This document shows, one piece after another, positions 37,987-47,884 of a DNA stretch of 64,000 bases. This DNA comes from an uncultured Bacilli bacterium. Lineage in GTDB: Bacteria > Bacillota_I > Bacilli_A > RF39 > UBA660. Every line of letters begins with the position of its first letter. Position 1 is the stretch's first letter. The position numbers and the translations under genes were made by a program. Below the pieces are notes generated by a model. It was given only the letters and a program-made list of their open reading frames with translations. It was not told where the DNA came from and ran no database searches. The stretch spans positions 1,303 to 65,302 of the forward strand of contig CANRCV010000003.1 of the NCBI GenBank assembly GCA_947629205.1. Direction: 5' to 3'.

Positions 37987-39861
37987 ATGAAAATATCAAT
38001 TATTACTGTTAGTTTTAATGCTGAAAATACAATTAAAGATACACTAGATAGTGTATTAAAACAAACTTATACGAATTATGAATATATAATTGTTGATGGT
38101 AAAAGTACTGATAATACTCTTAATATTATTAAAGAGTATATTCCTAAATTTAAAGGAAAATTACAATATATTTCCGAAAAAGATAATGGGCTTTTTGATG
38201 CCATGAATAAAGGCATTAAAATGTCTTCTGGAGATATTATAGGTATGATTAATGCTGATGATATACTGGCTCATAAAAATGTTTTTCAAAAGATTGTTAA
38301 TCATATTGGAAATTGTGATGGTGTATATTCTAACTTATTAATGTTAGATCAAGTTTTAAATAAACCCTATCGTTTATTTAAATCGAAATCGGTTTCTAAA
38401 AAGTGGGGATGGCATATGCCACATCCAACCCTTTATTTAAAAAAAGAAATATATGAAAAATATGGAAATTTTGATTTAAATTACAAAATATCTGCAGATT
38501 TGGATTTTATGTTAAGGATTATAAAAAATAATCTTTCTTTAAAATATATCAATGATTATTTTGTTTTTATGCGCGCAGGCGGTACAAGTACAAAAGGATT
38601 AAAAGGATACTATGAAAATTTTAAAGAAAGTTATAAAGTTTTAAAACATAATTATATCCAATTTCCACTTTTAACCAATGTAAAAAGAACAATAGATAAT
38701 GTTTTTTTACAAAGACTTAAAGTTAAAAATAAACATAAAATGGAAGAGATAGCTACAAACTTAGGGAACCCTATAATGATTCAAATTAATACCGTTTGTA
38801 ATGGATCAACTGGCAAAATTATGGGAGATATTCAAAGAAAAGCCAATCAAGAAGGATATAAAACTTTATCTATATATGGTAGAAGAAAAGGCTTTAAAGA
38901 TTTAAATTGTATAAAAATAGGTGGTTTTTTCTCTTTCTGGTTCCATGTATTTATTACAACTATTTTTGATAAACAAGGACATGGATCTTATTTTAAAACA
39001 AAGAAAATGGTGCGAATTTTAAAAAAAGAAAATCCAGATATTATTCATTTGCATAATATTCATGGATATTATCTAAATTACAAAGTTTTATTTAAATATT
39101 TGAAAGGAGAATATCAAGGTAAAATTTATTGGACATTTCATGATTGTTGGCCATTTACAGGACATTGTCCTTATTTTTCATTAGTAAATTGTGAAAAATG
39201 GAAAACAGAATGCCATCATTGTCCTAATAAAAAAAGATACCCAACAAGTTTATTTTTTGATTCTTCAAAAAGTAATTATTATGAAAAAAAAGAATTATTT
39301 ACGGGTCTTAACAATTTAACGATTATTACACCATCGAATTGGTTAAATCATTTAGTAAAGCAATCCTTTTTAAAAGAATATTCTGTTATTACTGTTCATA
39401 ATACCATTGATAAGAAAATATTTAGACCGATTCGAGATAATAATATTTATGAAAAATATCATTTGCCTAAAAATAAAAAGATTATTTTAGGTGTAGCAAG
39501 TGTTTGGGAAGAAAGAAAGGGCTTAAATGATTTTATAAAATTGTCACAAATGCTTGATAAAAATTTTCAAATTGTTTTAGTTGGTTTAACCAAAAAACAA
39601 ATTAAAAAATTACCAAAAGAAATTATTGGAATTACTAGAACAGAAAATCAAAATGATTTAGCAAAACTTTATAGTTGTGCTACTTATTTTGTAAATCCTA
39701 CGTATGAGGATAATTATCCTACTGTTAATTTAGAAGCAATGGCTTGTGGAACAAAAGTCATTTGTTATAATACAGGTGGATGTAGTGAGCAAATTGATTC
39801 AAATCATGGTATAATAATACCTGTAGGGGATGTTGATGGTATTTTTAAATCTTTAAAATAG
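37987..39861 (+). CDS. two-domain glycosyltransferase (GT2 N-term + GT4 C-term)
   Basis: ISIITVSFNAENTI...VDGKSTDNT (GT2). The C-terminal part ends in the EX7E-like motif NLEAMACGTKVICYNTGG. Confidence 0.7.
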   Translation: MKISIITVSFNAENTIKDTLDSVLKQTYTNYEYIIVDGKSTDNTLNIIKEYIPKFKGKLQYISEKDNGLFDAMNKGIKMSSGDIIGMINADDILAHKNVFQKIVNHIGNCDGVYSNLLMLDQVLNKPYRLFKSKSVSKKWGWHMPHPTLYLKKEIYEKYGNFDLNYKISADLDFMLRIIKNNLSLKYINDYFVFMRAGGTSTKGLKGYYENFKESYKVLKHNYIQFPLLTNVKRTIDNVFLQRLKVKNKHKMEEIATNLGNPIMIQINTVCNGSTGKIMGDIQRKANQEGYKTLSIYGRRKGFKDLNCIKIGGFFSFWFHVFITTIFDKQGHGSYFKTKKMVRILKKENPDIIHLHNIHGYYLNYKVLFKYLKGEYQGKIYWTFHDCWPFTGHCPYFSLVNCEKWKTECHHCPNKKRYPTSLFFDSSKSNYYEKKELFTGLNNLTIITPSNWLNHLVKQSFLKEYSVITVHNTIDKKIFRPIRDNNIYEKYHLPKNKKIILGVASVWEERKGLNDFIKLSQMLDKNFQIVLVGLTKKQIKKLPKEIIGITRTENQNDLAKLYSCATYFVNPTYEDNYPTVNLEAMACGTKVICYNTGGCSEQIDSNHGIIIPVGDVDGIFKSLK

Positions 39862-39882
39862 TTTGGAAGGGAAATTAATAAT

Positions 39883-40896
39883 ATGAAACAAGAAGAATCA
39901 AATAAAATAACGAATCTTAATTTTATATTAACAATACTAATTGTTTTTATGCACTCAAGCTGCTTAAGTTATAGTAGTACAATTCAAAATGAATTTGTTG
40001 GAATAATATATAATTTCATATATGGTATTCTAAATATAGCAGTTCCTACTTTTTTTGCATTATCAACAATTTTATTTTTTCGCAATTTTGATATGTCAAA
40101 ATATAGATTTAAGATAAAAAGTAGAATTAAATCATTAGTGTTGCCTTATTTATTTTGGAGTACTGTTTTTCTTGTTTATTACATAATAATTACTCATATT
40201 CCTTGGGTTAGTAGTATGGATACTACAATGGAACCAATAAAATATAATTTATTTTCTATACTATATTATATTTTATTTGCAAAATATGCGGGTGCCCTTT
40301 GGTATATTAGAGAACTTTTTATATTATTTTTAATTTCACCAATAATATATAGTCTGGTAATTAAATTAAAAAGTAAAAATTGGATTTTAATTCTTTTTGT
40401 TATTACAATGAATTTAATTTTTAAGCCATCCTATTTTACTTTTATTTATTGGCTCCCATTATACTATATGTTTGCTTATCTAGTGATTAGCAAGAAAAAA
40501 ATAAATATAAATTTAAATGTTCTTAAATTTCTATTAATTTCGGGGGGGGGGCTATTCTTAATAATACTTAATGAATATTCAGGATTTTATATGCACTTTA
40601 TATTTAGATTATATATACCATTCTTTATATTATATTTAGTTTCAAAAAGTAAATTATTAGAAAAGAATCCTAAATCTTTTATGAAAAATAATTTTATTAT
40701 ATATTGTACTCATTTTCAATTATCGGTTGTAATTAAAAGATTACTTATGATTATTTTTGGAACTAATGAATGGTTACTTTTAGTATATCAGTTGGTAACG
40801 TGTTTTATGGTAGTGTGTATAATTAATATATTTATTAAATTAGGAAAAAAGATATGCCCGAAATTTATAATGTTTATATCTGGTGGTAGAGTTTAA
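39883..40896 (+). CDS. acyltransferase family 3 membrane O-acyltransferase; contains an in-frame G10 tract
   Basis: 10-TM protein with N-terminal TILIVFMHSS pattern. The tract at 40542-40551 encodes ISGGGLF. Confidence 0.65.
   Translation: MKQEESNKITNLNFILTILIVFMHSSCLSYSSTIQNEFVGIIYNFIYGILNIAVPTFFALSTILFFRNFDMSKYRFKIKSRIKSLVLPYLFWSTVFLVYYIIITHIPWVSSMDTTMEPIKYNLFSILYYILFAKYAGALWYIRELFILFLISPIIYSLVIKLKSKNWILILFVITMNLIFKPSYFTFIYWLPLYYMFAYLVISKKKININLNVLKFLLISGGGLFLIILNEYSGFYMHFIFRLYIPFFILYLVSKSKLLEKNPKSFMKNNFIIYCTHFQLSVVIKRLLMIIFGTNEWLLLVYQLVTCFMVVCIINIFIKLGKKICPKFIMFISGGRV
40542..40551 (+). repeat. homopolymeric G10 tract in the acyltransferase-3 gene
   Basis: atttcGGGGGGGGGGctattc counted directly. 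In frame. Confidence 0.9.
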
Positions 40897-40920
40897 AAAT
40901 ATAGAGAAAGAAGTGAAAAA

Positions 40921-41940
40921 ATGAAAAAAGAAATTCCTATTATGTTTTGTTTTGATAAAAATTATGTGATTCCTGCAGCTGCTTGTTTTATATCTATAAT
41001 GGAACATGCAAATTCTAAAAATAACTATCATTTTTATGTTTTGCACTCTGATATATCAAAAGATCAACAAGATAAATTACACTTGGATATGAGAAAATTT
41101 TCAAATTGTAAATTGGAATTTATAGATATGAATAACAAATTTAAAACTGAATTTAAAAATGTTGAGAATAAAGCCCATTTTTCGAAAGAAGTATTATATA
41201 AATTAATTTGTGGTTCTATTTTTCCGAATATTAATAAACTAATTATTACAGATGTAGATGTAATCTTTTTAGATGATATTGCTAAAATTTATGATGAATT
41301 ATCAGAAAATGATTCATATTATTTTGCTGGTATTCCCCCTATTAAAACCAAACCATATATTTATAAAGATAAACCTAGTTATAAAAAATTTGATGAGACT
41401 GAATTGGCAATATTAGAAAATGGTATAGGTGGAGGTTTTTTATTAGCTAATTTAAAAAAAATTCGTGATGATAATTTTGAAGAAAAATTAGTAAATTACC
41501 TTATACAAAATGCAAATAAACTAATACAAATGGAACAAGATGTTATAAATGTCGTTGGGGGGGGGGTACATGGTATAAAACATTTACCATATTATTACAT
41601 GGTATGTAGTTATCATTATAATGATTTTAATGATTCAGAGGCATATAAAAAATTAATTTATCATGACGAAAAAGATGTTAAATATGCTTTAGAACATCCA
41701 GTACAGTTACATTATGCTACTTGTGATAAACCTTGGACTTATGTTGATTGTGCTAAAAGTGAAATATGGTTTCAGTATATCGTTAAATCAGTTTTTTTAA
41801 GAGATTTTTTAGAAGAATTACCAAGTAAAATAAAAACCGTAAATGACTTTTTACAAACCATGAGAAAGAAGCATAAAAAGTTATATAATTTTTTATTAAA
41901 AATATATCATTTAATTAAAAAGATACTTTTTATTAAATAA
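40921..41940 (+). CDS. GT8-family glycosyltransferase (LgtC/RfaJ-like retaining hexosyltransferase); contains an in-frame G10 tract
   Basis: IPIMFCFDKNYVIPAAACFISI and the DxD region LIITDVDVIFLDD. The tract at 41557-41566 encodes VVGGGVHG. Confidence 0.7.
   Translation: MKKEIPIMFCFDKNYVIPAAACFISIMEHANSKNNYHFYVLHSDISKDQQDKLHLDMRKFSNCKLEFIDMNNKFKTEFKNVENKAHFSKEVLYKLICGSIFPNINKLIITDVDVIFLDDIAKIYDELSENDSYYFAGIPPIKTKPYIYKDKPSYKKFDETELAILENGIGGGFLLANLKKIRDDNFEEKLVNYLIQNANKLIQMEQDVINVVGGGVHGIKHLPYYYMVCSYHYNDFNDSEAYKKLIYHDEKDVKYALEHPVQLHYATCDKPWTYVDCAKSEIWFQYIVKSVFLRDFLEELPSKIKTVNDFLQTMRKKHKKLYNFLLKIYHLIKKILFIK
41557..41566 (+). repeat. homopolymeric G10 tract in the GT8 gene
   Basis: gtcgttGGGGGGGGGGtacatgg counted directly. 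Confidence 0.9.
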
Positions 41941-41969
41941 AAAATAAAATACAAGAAAGGATTTACAGT

Positions 41970-43484
41970 ATGAAAAGTAGTCGATTTAAAAAAACAATTT
42001 TTAATAGTATTTCAAATGTTTTAGTACTTTTCAGTATTACTGTCTTTTCTTTTGTTTTAAGAACATATTTTATTAAAATATTAGGTGAACAATGTTTAGG
42101 TGTAGATGGGTTGTTTACAAATATTTTATCTTTGCTTTCCTTATCAGAATTGGGAATTTCTGCTGCTATAAGTTATAGTTTATATAAACCATTAGCTGAA
42201 AAAAATAAAGATAAAATAAATAAAATCATGTCTTTTTATAAAAAAGTTTATCATTTTATTGCTTTGTTTATTTTCTTTTTTAGTATTGTATTAATTCCAT
42301 TTTTACACCTAATTGTAAAGGGCTATGATGTTAATTATAATATTTATCTTATTTATAGCTTGTATGTTATTGATATTGTAATGTCTTATCTTACATCTTA
42401 TAAAATTATTTTAATTGAGGCAGATCAAAAATCTTATAAATTAACAGGAATAAAAATTATGTTTAACTTTTTGACATATGGTTTGCAATTATTGTTTTTA
42501 TTGCTAACAAGAAATTTGATTTGGTATCTGGTTATACAAGTTATAGTAAGACAAATAGAAAGATTAATTACTAATATTTATATTGGAAAGAATTATCAAG
42601 ATATAGACTTTAATTATAAAGAAAAATTAGATAAAGAAGATAGTGATAATATAAAAGAAAATGTAAAGGGTATTATTTTTCATAAAGTTGGTAATTATGC
42701 TGTTAATAGTACAGATAATATTTTAATTTCAAGCATTGTCAATATTTCAACAACAGGTATTTATTCAAATTATTTATCTATTATTTCCATTATTCGTAAT
42801 TTTATTGGAAGTATTGTATCCTCAGCTACATCTAGTTATGGTAATTTAAATGTAAATGATACTCCTCAAACTAAATTAAATATTTTTAATATTATGGATT
42901 TTACGTGTTTTTTTGTAACAGGATTATTTACTTTAGGTATTTATTTTCTAATTAATACATTTATTCATTTATGGGTTGGAACAAATTATATATTAGATAA
43001 TTTTTGTGTAATAATTATAACTATTAATTTTTATTTAAATTGTATGTTGTTACCAGTTGATACTGTAAAAAGCTCAACCGGAAAATATTATCAAGATCGA
43101 TATATACCAATAATTCAAGCGATAATTAATTTGGCGTTATCTATTATATTAGGAAAAATTATGGGACTAGTTGGTATCTTACTTGCAACTACTATTTGCT
43201 ACTTATGCACAGTAAGTTGGTCTAAAGCTTATATAATATATAAATATATTTTTCAAAAAAATGTTTTTACTTATTTAAAAAGGCAACTAAAAAATGGAAT
43301 AATGTTATTATGTACTGCTTTTGTTATCCAATATATTTTTAAATACATTCATATTAATGGTTTGTTTTTATCTTTCGTGATTAAAGGATGTATTTTAACT
43401 CTTACTTTTAGTATTATTTTTCTATTATTTTATAGAAATTCCAATGAATTTAGTTTCTTTAAAAATTTATTTTTGAAAAAATAA
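41970..43484 (+). CDS. Wzx-type polysaccharide (lipid-linked oligosaccharide) flippase, PST/MOP family
   Basis: 504 aa with about 14 TM segments. N-terminal pattern (FNSISNVLVLFSITVFSFVLRTYFIKILGEQCLGVDGLF) is typical of Wzx/polysaccharide biosynthesis proteins. Confidence 0.75.
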   Translation: MKSSRFKKTIFNSISNVLVLFSITVFSFVLRTYFIKILGEQCLGVDGLFTNILSLLSLSELGISAAISYSLYKPLAEKNKDKINKIMSFYKKVYHFIALFIFFFSIVLIPFLHLIVKGYDVNYNIYLIYSLYVIDIVMSYLTSYKIILIEADQKSYKLTGIKIMFNFLTYGLQLLFLLLTRNLIWYLVIQVIVRQIERLITNIYIGKNYQDIDFNYKEKLDKEDSDNIKENVKGIIFHKVGNYAVNSTDNILISSIVNISTTGIYSNYLSIISIIRNFIGSIVSSATSSYGNLNVNDTPQTKLNIFNIMDFTCFFVTGLFTLGIYFLINTFIHLWVGTNYILDNFCVIIITINFYLNCMLLPVDTVKSSTGKYYQDRYIPIIQAIINLALSIILGKIMGLVGILLATTICYLCTVSWSKAYIIYKYIFQKNVFTYLKRQLKNGIMLLCTAFVIQYIFKYIHINGLFLSFVIKGCILTLTFSIIFLLFYRNSNEFSFFKNLFLKK

Positions 43485-43508
43485 ATTTTAGATAAGGAGG
43501 ATTAAATA

Positions 43509-44618
43509 ATGAAAGAAAAAACAAATAGAAATTCAAATGTTGAAATATTAAGAATAATTAGTATGCTATTAATTATTGCTCATCATTATTCATACTATGG
43601 TTTTAAAGATTTGGGTATAGTTTATACTTTTAACAAGTATTTAGTAAGTTTTATTGGTTTTGGTGGAAAATTGGGAACTCTTATTTTTGTACTTATTTCT
43701 GGTTATTATATGTGCGATTCTAAATTTTCAATTAAAAAATTAATTAAATTAATTGGAGAAGTTTGGTTTTATTTAACTGGTATTGGTCTTTTATTGCTTT
43801 TTGTTTTTCCAACAAATATTCCTATAGATTTTCATACAATACTTAAAATTTTTATTCCTTTATTATATCAACAAAATTGGTTTATTACTGACTACATATT
43901 ATTAATGATAATATCTCCTTTATTGAATATAATTATTCAACAAATTAATAAAGAATTTTATAAAAAGATTTTGTTTGTTGGAGTTCTAATATGTTCAATA
44001 ATTCCAAGTCTTTTTTATGCAGATTTAAATATAAATAGTATATTATGGTTTATAGTATTGTATTTTATTTCTGGATATTTGAAAAAGCATATTCAATTGA
44101 ATCAAAATAGTAAAAAAAATTTTTTATTATCATTTCTATTTTTAATAATACTATTTACCCTTAAAGTAGGAAATGTATTTTTAGGAAATTATTTACATAT
44201 GCCTATATTAATTAATAATAGTATATATTTTAATTCTTTAATTAGTCCATTGACGTTGCTTGTAGGTTTAGAGTTATTAATTGCGTTCTTAAAATTAAAA
44301 CCTTTTTCTAACAAAATTGTAAATGAAATTGCTAGTACAACATTAGGAATTTATCTTATTCATGATCATTTTTTAATGAGAAATTTCTTATGGGGGGGGG
44401 GTATATTTAATAATAAAATATACTTTAATTCCAATTTATTAATTATCCATGCTATGATTTGCATAAGTATAGTATATATTATTTGTGCCATTATTGATTT
44501 AATACGTCAAAAAACAATAGAAAAAATTTATTTGAAAATAGTAGATAAATTTATATTATTTTATCAAAAGAAAAATTTAAATAAATTTTGGAGTTATGTT
44601 TATAAAATTATTAATTAA
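43509..44618 (+). CDS. acyltransferase family 3 membrane O-acyltransferase, paralog A; contains an in-frame G10 tract
   Basis: ILRIISMLLIIAHHY...ASTTLGIYLIHDHF...LWGGGIF. Close paralog of 47885-49006. Confidence 0.65.
   Translation: MKEKTNRNSNVEILRIISMLLIIAHHYSYYGFKDLGIVYTFNKYLVSFIGFGGKLGTLIFVLISGYYMCDSKFSIKKLIKLIGEVWFYLTGIGLLLLFVFPTNIPIDFHTILKIFIPLLYQQNWFITDYILLMIISPLLNIIIQQINKEFYKKILFVGVLICSIIPSLFYADLNINSILWFIVLYFISGYLKKHIQLNQNSKKNFLLSFLFLIILFTLKVGNVFLGNYLHMPILINNSIYFNSLISPLTLLVGLELLIAFLKLKPFSNKIVNEIASTTLGIYLIHDHFLMRNFLWGGGIFNNKIYFNSNLLIIHAMICISIVYIICAIIDLIRQKTIEKIYLKIVDKFILFYQKKNLNKFWSYVYKIIN
44392..44401 (+). repeat. homopolymeric G10 tract in acyltransferase-3 paralog A
   Basis: cttatGGGGGGGGGGtatattt counted directly, translated LWGGGI. 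Confidence 0.9.
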
Positions 44619-44646
44619 TTAAAAAGTAAATAGAGTAGGTGAAAGT

Positions 44647-45585
44647 ATGCTTAAAAAAATATTTAATAAAATATTCCAAATGATAAAAGAGTATTTTATT
44701 AATTTAAAGTATTTTGGTTTTAAAATAGCAAATTTAAATTTTTTATGTGAATTTTCAATGATTCCATTTTTACAAAATAGAATGGATTCATTACATCAAA
44801 AAAGGTATAAATATATAAATCATTATTTAGTGACTAATTTTGATTATTTGATTGATAAATATCGTCATAAAACTATGATAACTCAAAAAGGTGAAAAAAT
44901 CATTTGGTGTTTTTGGTATCAAGGCTTTGATAGTGCTCCTTTATTAGTTCAAAAATGTATAGAAAGTATTAAAAAAAATGCTGGTGAATATCAAGTTATT
45001 TTATTAACAAAAGAAAATTATCAATCTTATATAAAAATACCTCAATTTATTTTAGATAAATTAGAAAATAAAACTATTACTCTTACACATTTTTCGGATA
45101 TTTTAAGAGCGGGATTATTAAAGGAACATGGCGGTATTTGGGTTGATGCTACAATGTATTTTACTAAAAATATATTTAAAGAGTTTGACAACAAAATATT
45201 TAATAGTACTATTTTAGATGAAGAAAGCAACTTACATTGTACAGGCTTTTTTATGGGAGGTTGTCCTAATAATTTATTTGATTTTTTGTATGAGTTTTTT
45301 TTAGAATATCACAAAAAAAATAAATATCTTATTAATTATTTCTTAATTGATTATATTTTAAATATTGCTTATGATAATTTAGAAAATTGTAGAAAAATTA
45401 TGGATTTAGAAACGATTGAAAATAAAAACATGTATCTTTTAACATCAAAATTTTCTTTAGAATACAATAAATTGGAATATAAAAATATAATAAATAGCGC
45501 TCCATATTTTAAATTAAATTATAAACATCATTATAATAAAAACATAAATGGAAAAATAACGAATTATGGTTATTTTATGAAATAA
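44647..45585 (+). CDS. DXD-motif sugar-binding glycosyltransferase (GT32/capsular polysaccharide synthesis protein family)
   Basis: FSDILRAGLLKEHGGIWVDATMYF matches the Gly_transf_sug / Caps_synth consensus. Confidence 0.6.
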   Translation: MLKKIFNKIFQMIKEYFINLKYFGFKIANLNFLCEFSMIPFLQNRMDSLHQKRYKYINHYLVTNFDYLIDKYRHKTMITQKGEKIIWCFWYQGFDSAPLLVQKCIESIKKNAGEYQVILLTKENYQSYIKIPQFILDKLENKTITLTHFSDILRAGLLKEHGGIWVDATMYFTKNIFKEFDNKIFNSTILDEESNLHCTGFFMGGCPNNLFDFLYEFFLEYHKKNKYLINYFLIDYILNIAYDNLENCRKIMDLETIENKNMYLLTSKFSLEYNKLEYKNIINSAPYFKLNYKHHYNKNINGKITNYGYFMK

Positions 45586-45697
45586 AATAAAAAAAGGAAT
45601 GCCAAACAAATAGACTTTAATTCGTTTTTTTGATACAATGTTTAAAAGAATAAAGATGAAATGTTAAAATGTATTAGGAAGGAATAAGTGGATTAAA

Positions 45698-46819
45698 ATG
45701 AAAAAAAATAGCAAATTATTATTGTCCATTATTTGTCCTATTTATAATGGTGAAAAAGTTGTTGGAAATTTAATTGAATCTTTAGAAAATCAAGAATACA
45801 AAGACTATGAATTGATATTGATAAATGATGGATCAGAAGATAATACATGGGATGTCATTCAAAATTATGCCAAACAATATAGTAACATTGTTTTAATAAA
45901 TAAAAAAAATACGGGCGTTGGAGATACTAGAAACGAAGGACTAAAAATTGCCAAAGGAAAATATATTGCATTTGCTGATGCAGATGATACTTATACAATA
46001 GATTTTTTTGAAAAAATAATTCCAGAAATTAAAAAGGAAGATTTTGAAATGCTTGTTTTTAATGCAAATGTAATGAATCACGAAAAGTATTTATATGCTG
46101 AAATTTCTGAAAAATATTCTAGTGGTTCTTTTATTGAAAAACATGGAGTAGAAAAATATTTACAAGGTGAATTTTGTTATAGAATTGGAAATGTGCCTTG
46201 GAATAAAATATACTTATCTAAAATTATAAAAGAAAATAATATTTGGTTTGAAAAAGACAAAAAAACAGGAGAAGATTTGATATTTAATATTTGCTATGTA
46301 TCTAAAATTGAAAAATATAAATATTTAAATATTAAACTTTACAATTATATGCTAAATATGATTGTAAATAAAAATAGAAATTATTTTGAAAACTGTTTAG
46401 AAGAAAATTTAAAATATTATGAATTATTAGAAAAAATATGTAAAACTGAAAATATAAAAACGCAATATTTATCTTTATTTTTTCTAAGGAGATTTCCAGG
46501 TATTGTACAAAATGAAGTTAATAATAAAGATTACTATCAAGGTAAACTAAATATAAAAAAATACTTATGCAATGAAAAAATGAAAAAAGTTTTTACTAAT
46601 ATAAATTTACGAAATATAGATTTAAAATTATTTATTTGTTATCTATTTTATAAATTAAAAATTTATAATTTTTACTATTGTATAAAATGGAAAATAGCTC
46701 ATAAAATTGATCGGGGGGGGGGCTATAGACTAGATTTTAATTTCCTTAATACTGAAATAAATAATATTCAATATTTTTTTAAAAAGACTTTAATACCTAT
46801 ATACTTTTTGAAAGAATAA
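45698..46819 (+). CDS. GT2-family glycosyltransferase, paralog 1; contains an in-frame G10 tract near the C-terminus
   Basis: LSIICPIYNGEKVV...NDGSEDNT GT2 signature. The tract at 46713-46722 encodes DRGGGYRL. Confidence 0.7.
   Translation: MKKNSKLLLSIICPIYNGEKVVGNLIESLENQEYKDYELILINDGSEDNTWDVIQNYAKQYSNIVLINKKNTGVGDTRNEGLKIAKGKYIAFADADDTYTIDFFEKIIPEIKKEDFEMLVFNANVMNHEKYLYAEISEKYSSGSFIEKHGVEKYLQGEFCYRIGNVPWNKIYLSKIIKENNIWFEKDKKTGEDLIFNICYVSKIEKYKYLNIKLYNYMLNMIVNKNRNYFENCLEENLKYYELLEKICKTENIKTQYLSLFFLRRFPGIVQNEVNNKDYYQGKLNIKKYLCNEKMKKVFTNINLRNIDLKLFICYLFYKLKIYNFYYCIKWKIAHKIDRGGGYRLDFNFLNTEINNIQYFFKKTLIPIYFLKE
46713..46722 (+). repeat. homopolymeric G10 tract in GT2 paralog 1
   Basis: attgatcGGGGGGGGGGctataga counted directly. 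Confidence 0.9.
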
Positions 46820-46855
46820 GAAAAAGTATAAAAAGTAAAAGAAAGGATTTTTAAT

Positions 46856-47881
46856 ATGAAAAAAAATAGTGAAATATTATTATCCATTATTTGCCCAATT
46901 TATAATGGTGAAAAGGTAGTTGGGAATTTAATAGAGTCTTTAGAAAATCAAGAATACAAAGACTATGAATTAGTATTAGTAAATGATGGCTCAGAAGATA
47001 ATACATTAAAAGTATTGAATGAATATTCTAAAAAATATCCTAATATTATAGTTGTTGATAAACCACATACTGGATTATGTGATACTCGAAATGTAGGTGT
47101 TGAGCATTCACATGGAAAATATCTTACCATAGGAGATTGTGATGATTATTATAGTGCAGATTTTTTTGAAAAAATAATTCCAATAATCCAAGAAGGAGGA
47201 TTTGAATTATTAATCTTTAATGCGTATGTAATGAATTATGATAAATTTATGCACTATTTAATTCCAGATAAATATAAAAGTGGTTATTTTGAAGAAAAAA
47301 ATGGTGTTTATAAGTATTTAAGAGGGCAATTTGGACATCAAATTGCTAATAATACATGGAATAAAATATATCCTAGAGAAATTATAGATAAATATAAATT
47401 TAAATATTCAGTTGAAAATCATGGGGAAGATTTGTTATATCATATTCTATATACATCTAAAATAACCAAATATAGATATTTTAATGAAAAACTGTATTAT
47501 TATCAGTTAAATATGAATCCATTAACAACAAGCAGTTATCGTGAAAATGAAGTTAAGGATGTGCTTGACTATTATGAACCAATTAAAAAAATTTGTGTGA
47601 ATAGTCAACTTGAAAAGTGGGAGGAATATTTAAGTTTATTTTTCTTAAGAAGATTACCAATTATCGTTTTAAATGAAACAAATTGTAACGATTATAACAA
47701 GGGAAAAGAAAACATAGAATCATTTTTAAACAATAAAATAATTTTATCTTTGTTTAAAAAAATTAAGTTTAAGTATTTTGATTTTAAATTATTTATCAGT
47801 TTTTTATTATATAAATTAAAATTATACAAATTAGTCTATATTGTATTATGGAAGAAAAGACATAAAAAGAGGAATCATTAA
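46856..47881 (+). CDS. GT2-family glycosyltransferase, paralog 2 (5' ~150 nt nearly identical to paralog 1, 3' part divergent, no G tract)
   Basis: Same N-terminal 50 aa as 45698 with only conservative changes. The protein ends before the region that carries the tract in paralog 1. Confidence 0.7.
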   Translation: MKKNSEILLSIICPIYNGEKVVGNLIESLENQEYKDYELVLVNDGSEDNTLKVLNEYSKKYPNIIVVDKPHTGLCDTRNVGVEHSHGKYLTIGDCDDYYSADFFEKIIPIIQEGGFELLIFNAYVMNYDKFMHYLIPDKYKSGYFEEKNGVYKYLRGQFGHQIANNTWNKIYPREIIDKYKFKYSVENHGEDLLYHILYTSKITKYRYFNEKLYYYQLNMNPLTTSSYRENEVKDVLDYYEPIKKICVNSQLEKWEEYLSLFFLRRLPIIVLNETNCNDYNKGKENIESFLNNKIILSLFKKIKFKYFDFKLFISFLLYKLKLYKLVYIVLWKKRHKKRNH

Positions 47882-47884
47882 AAA

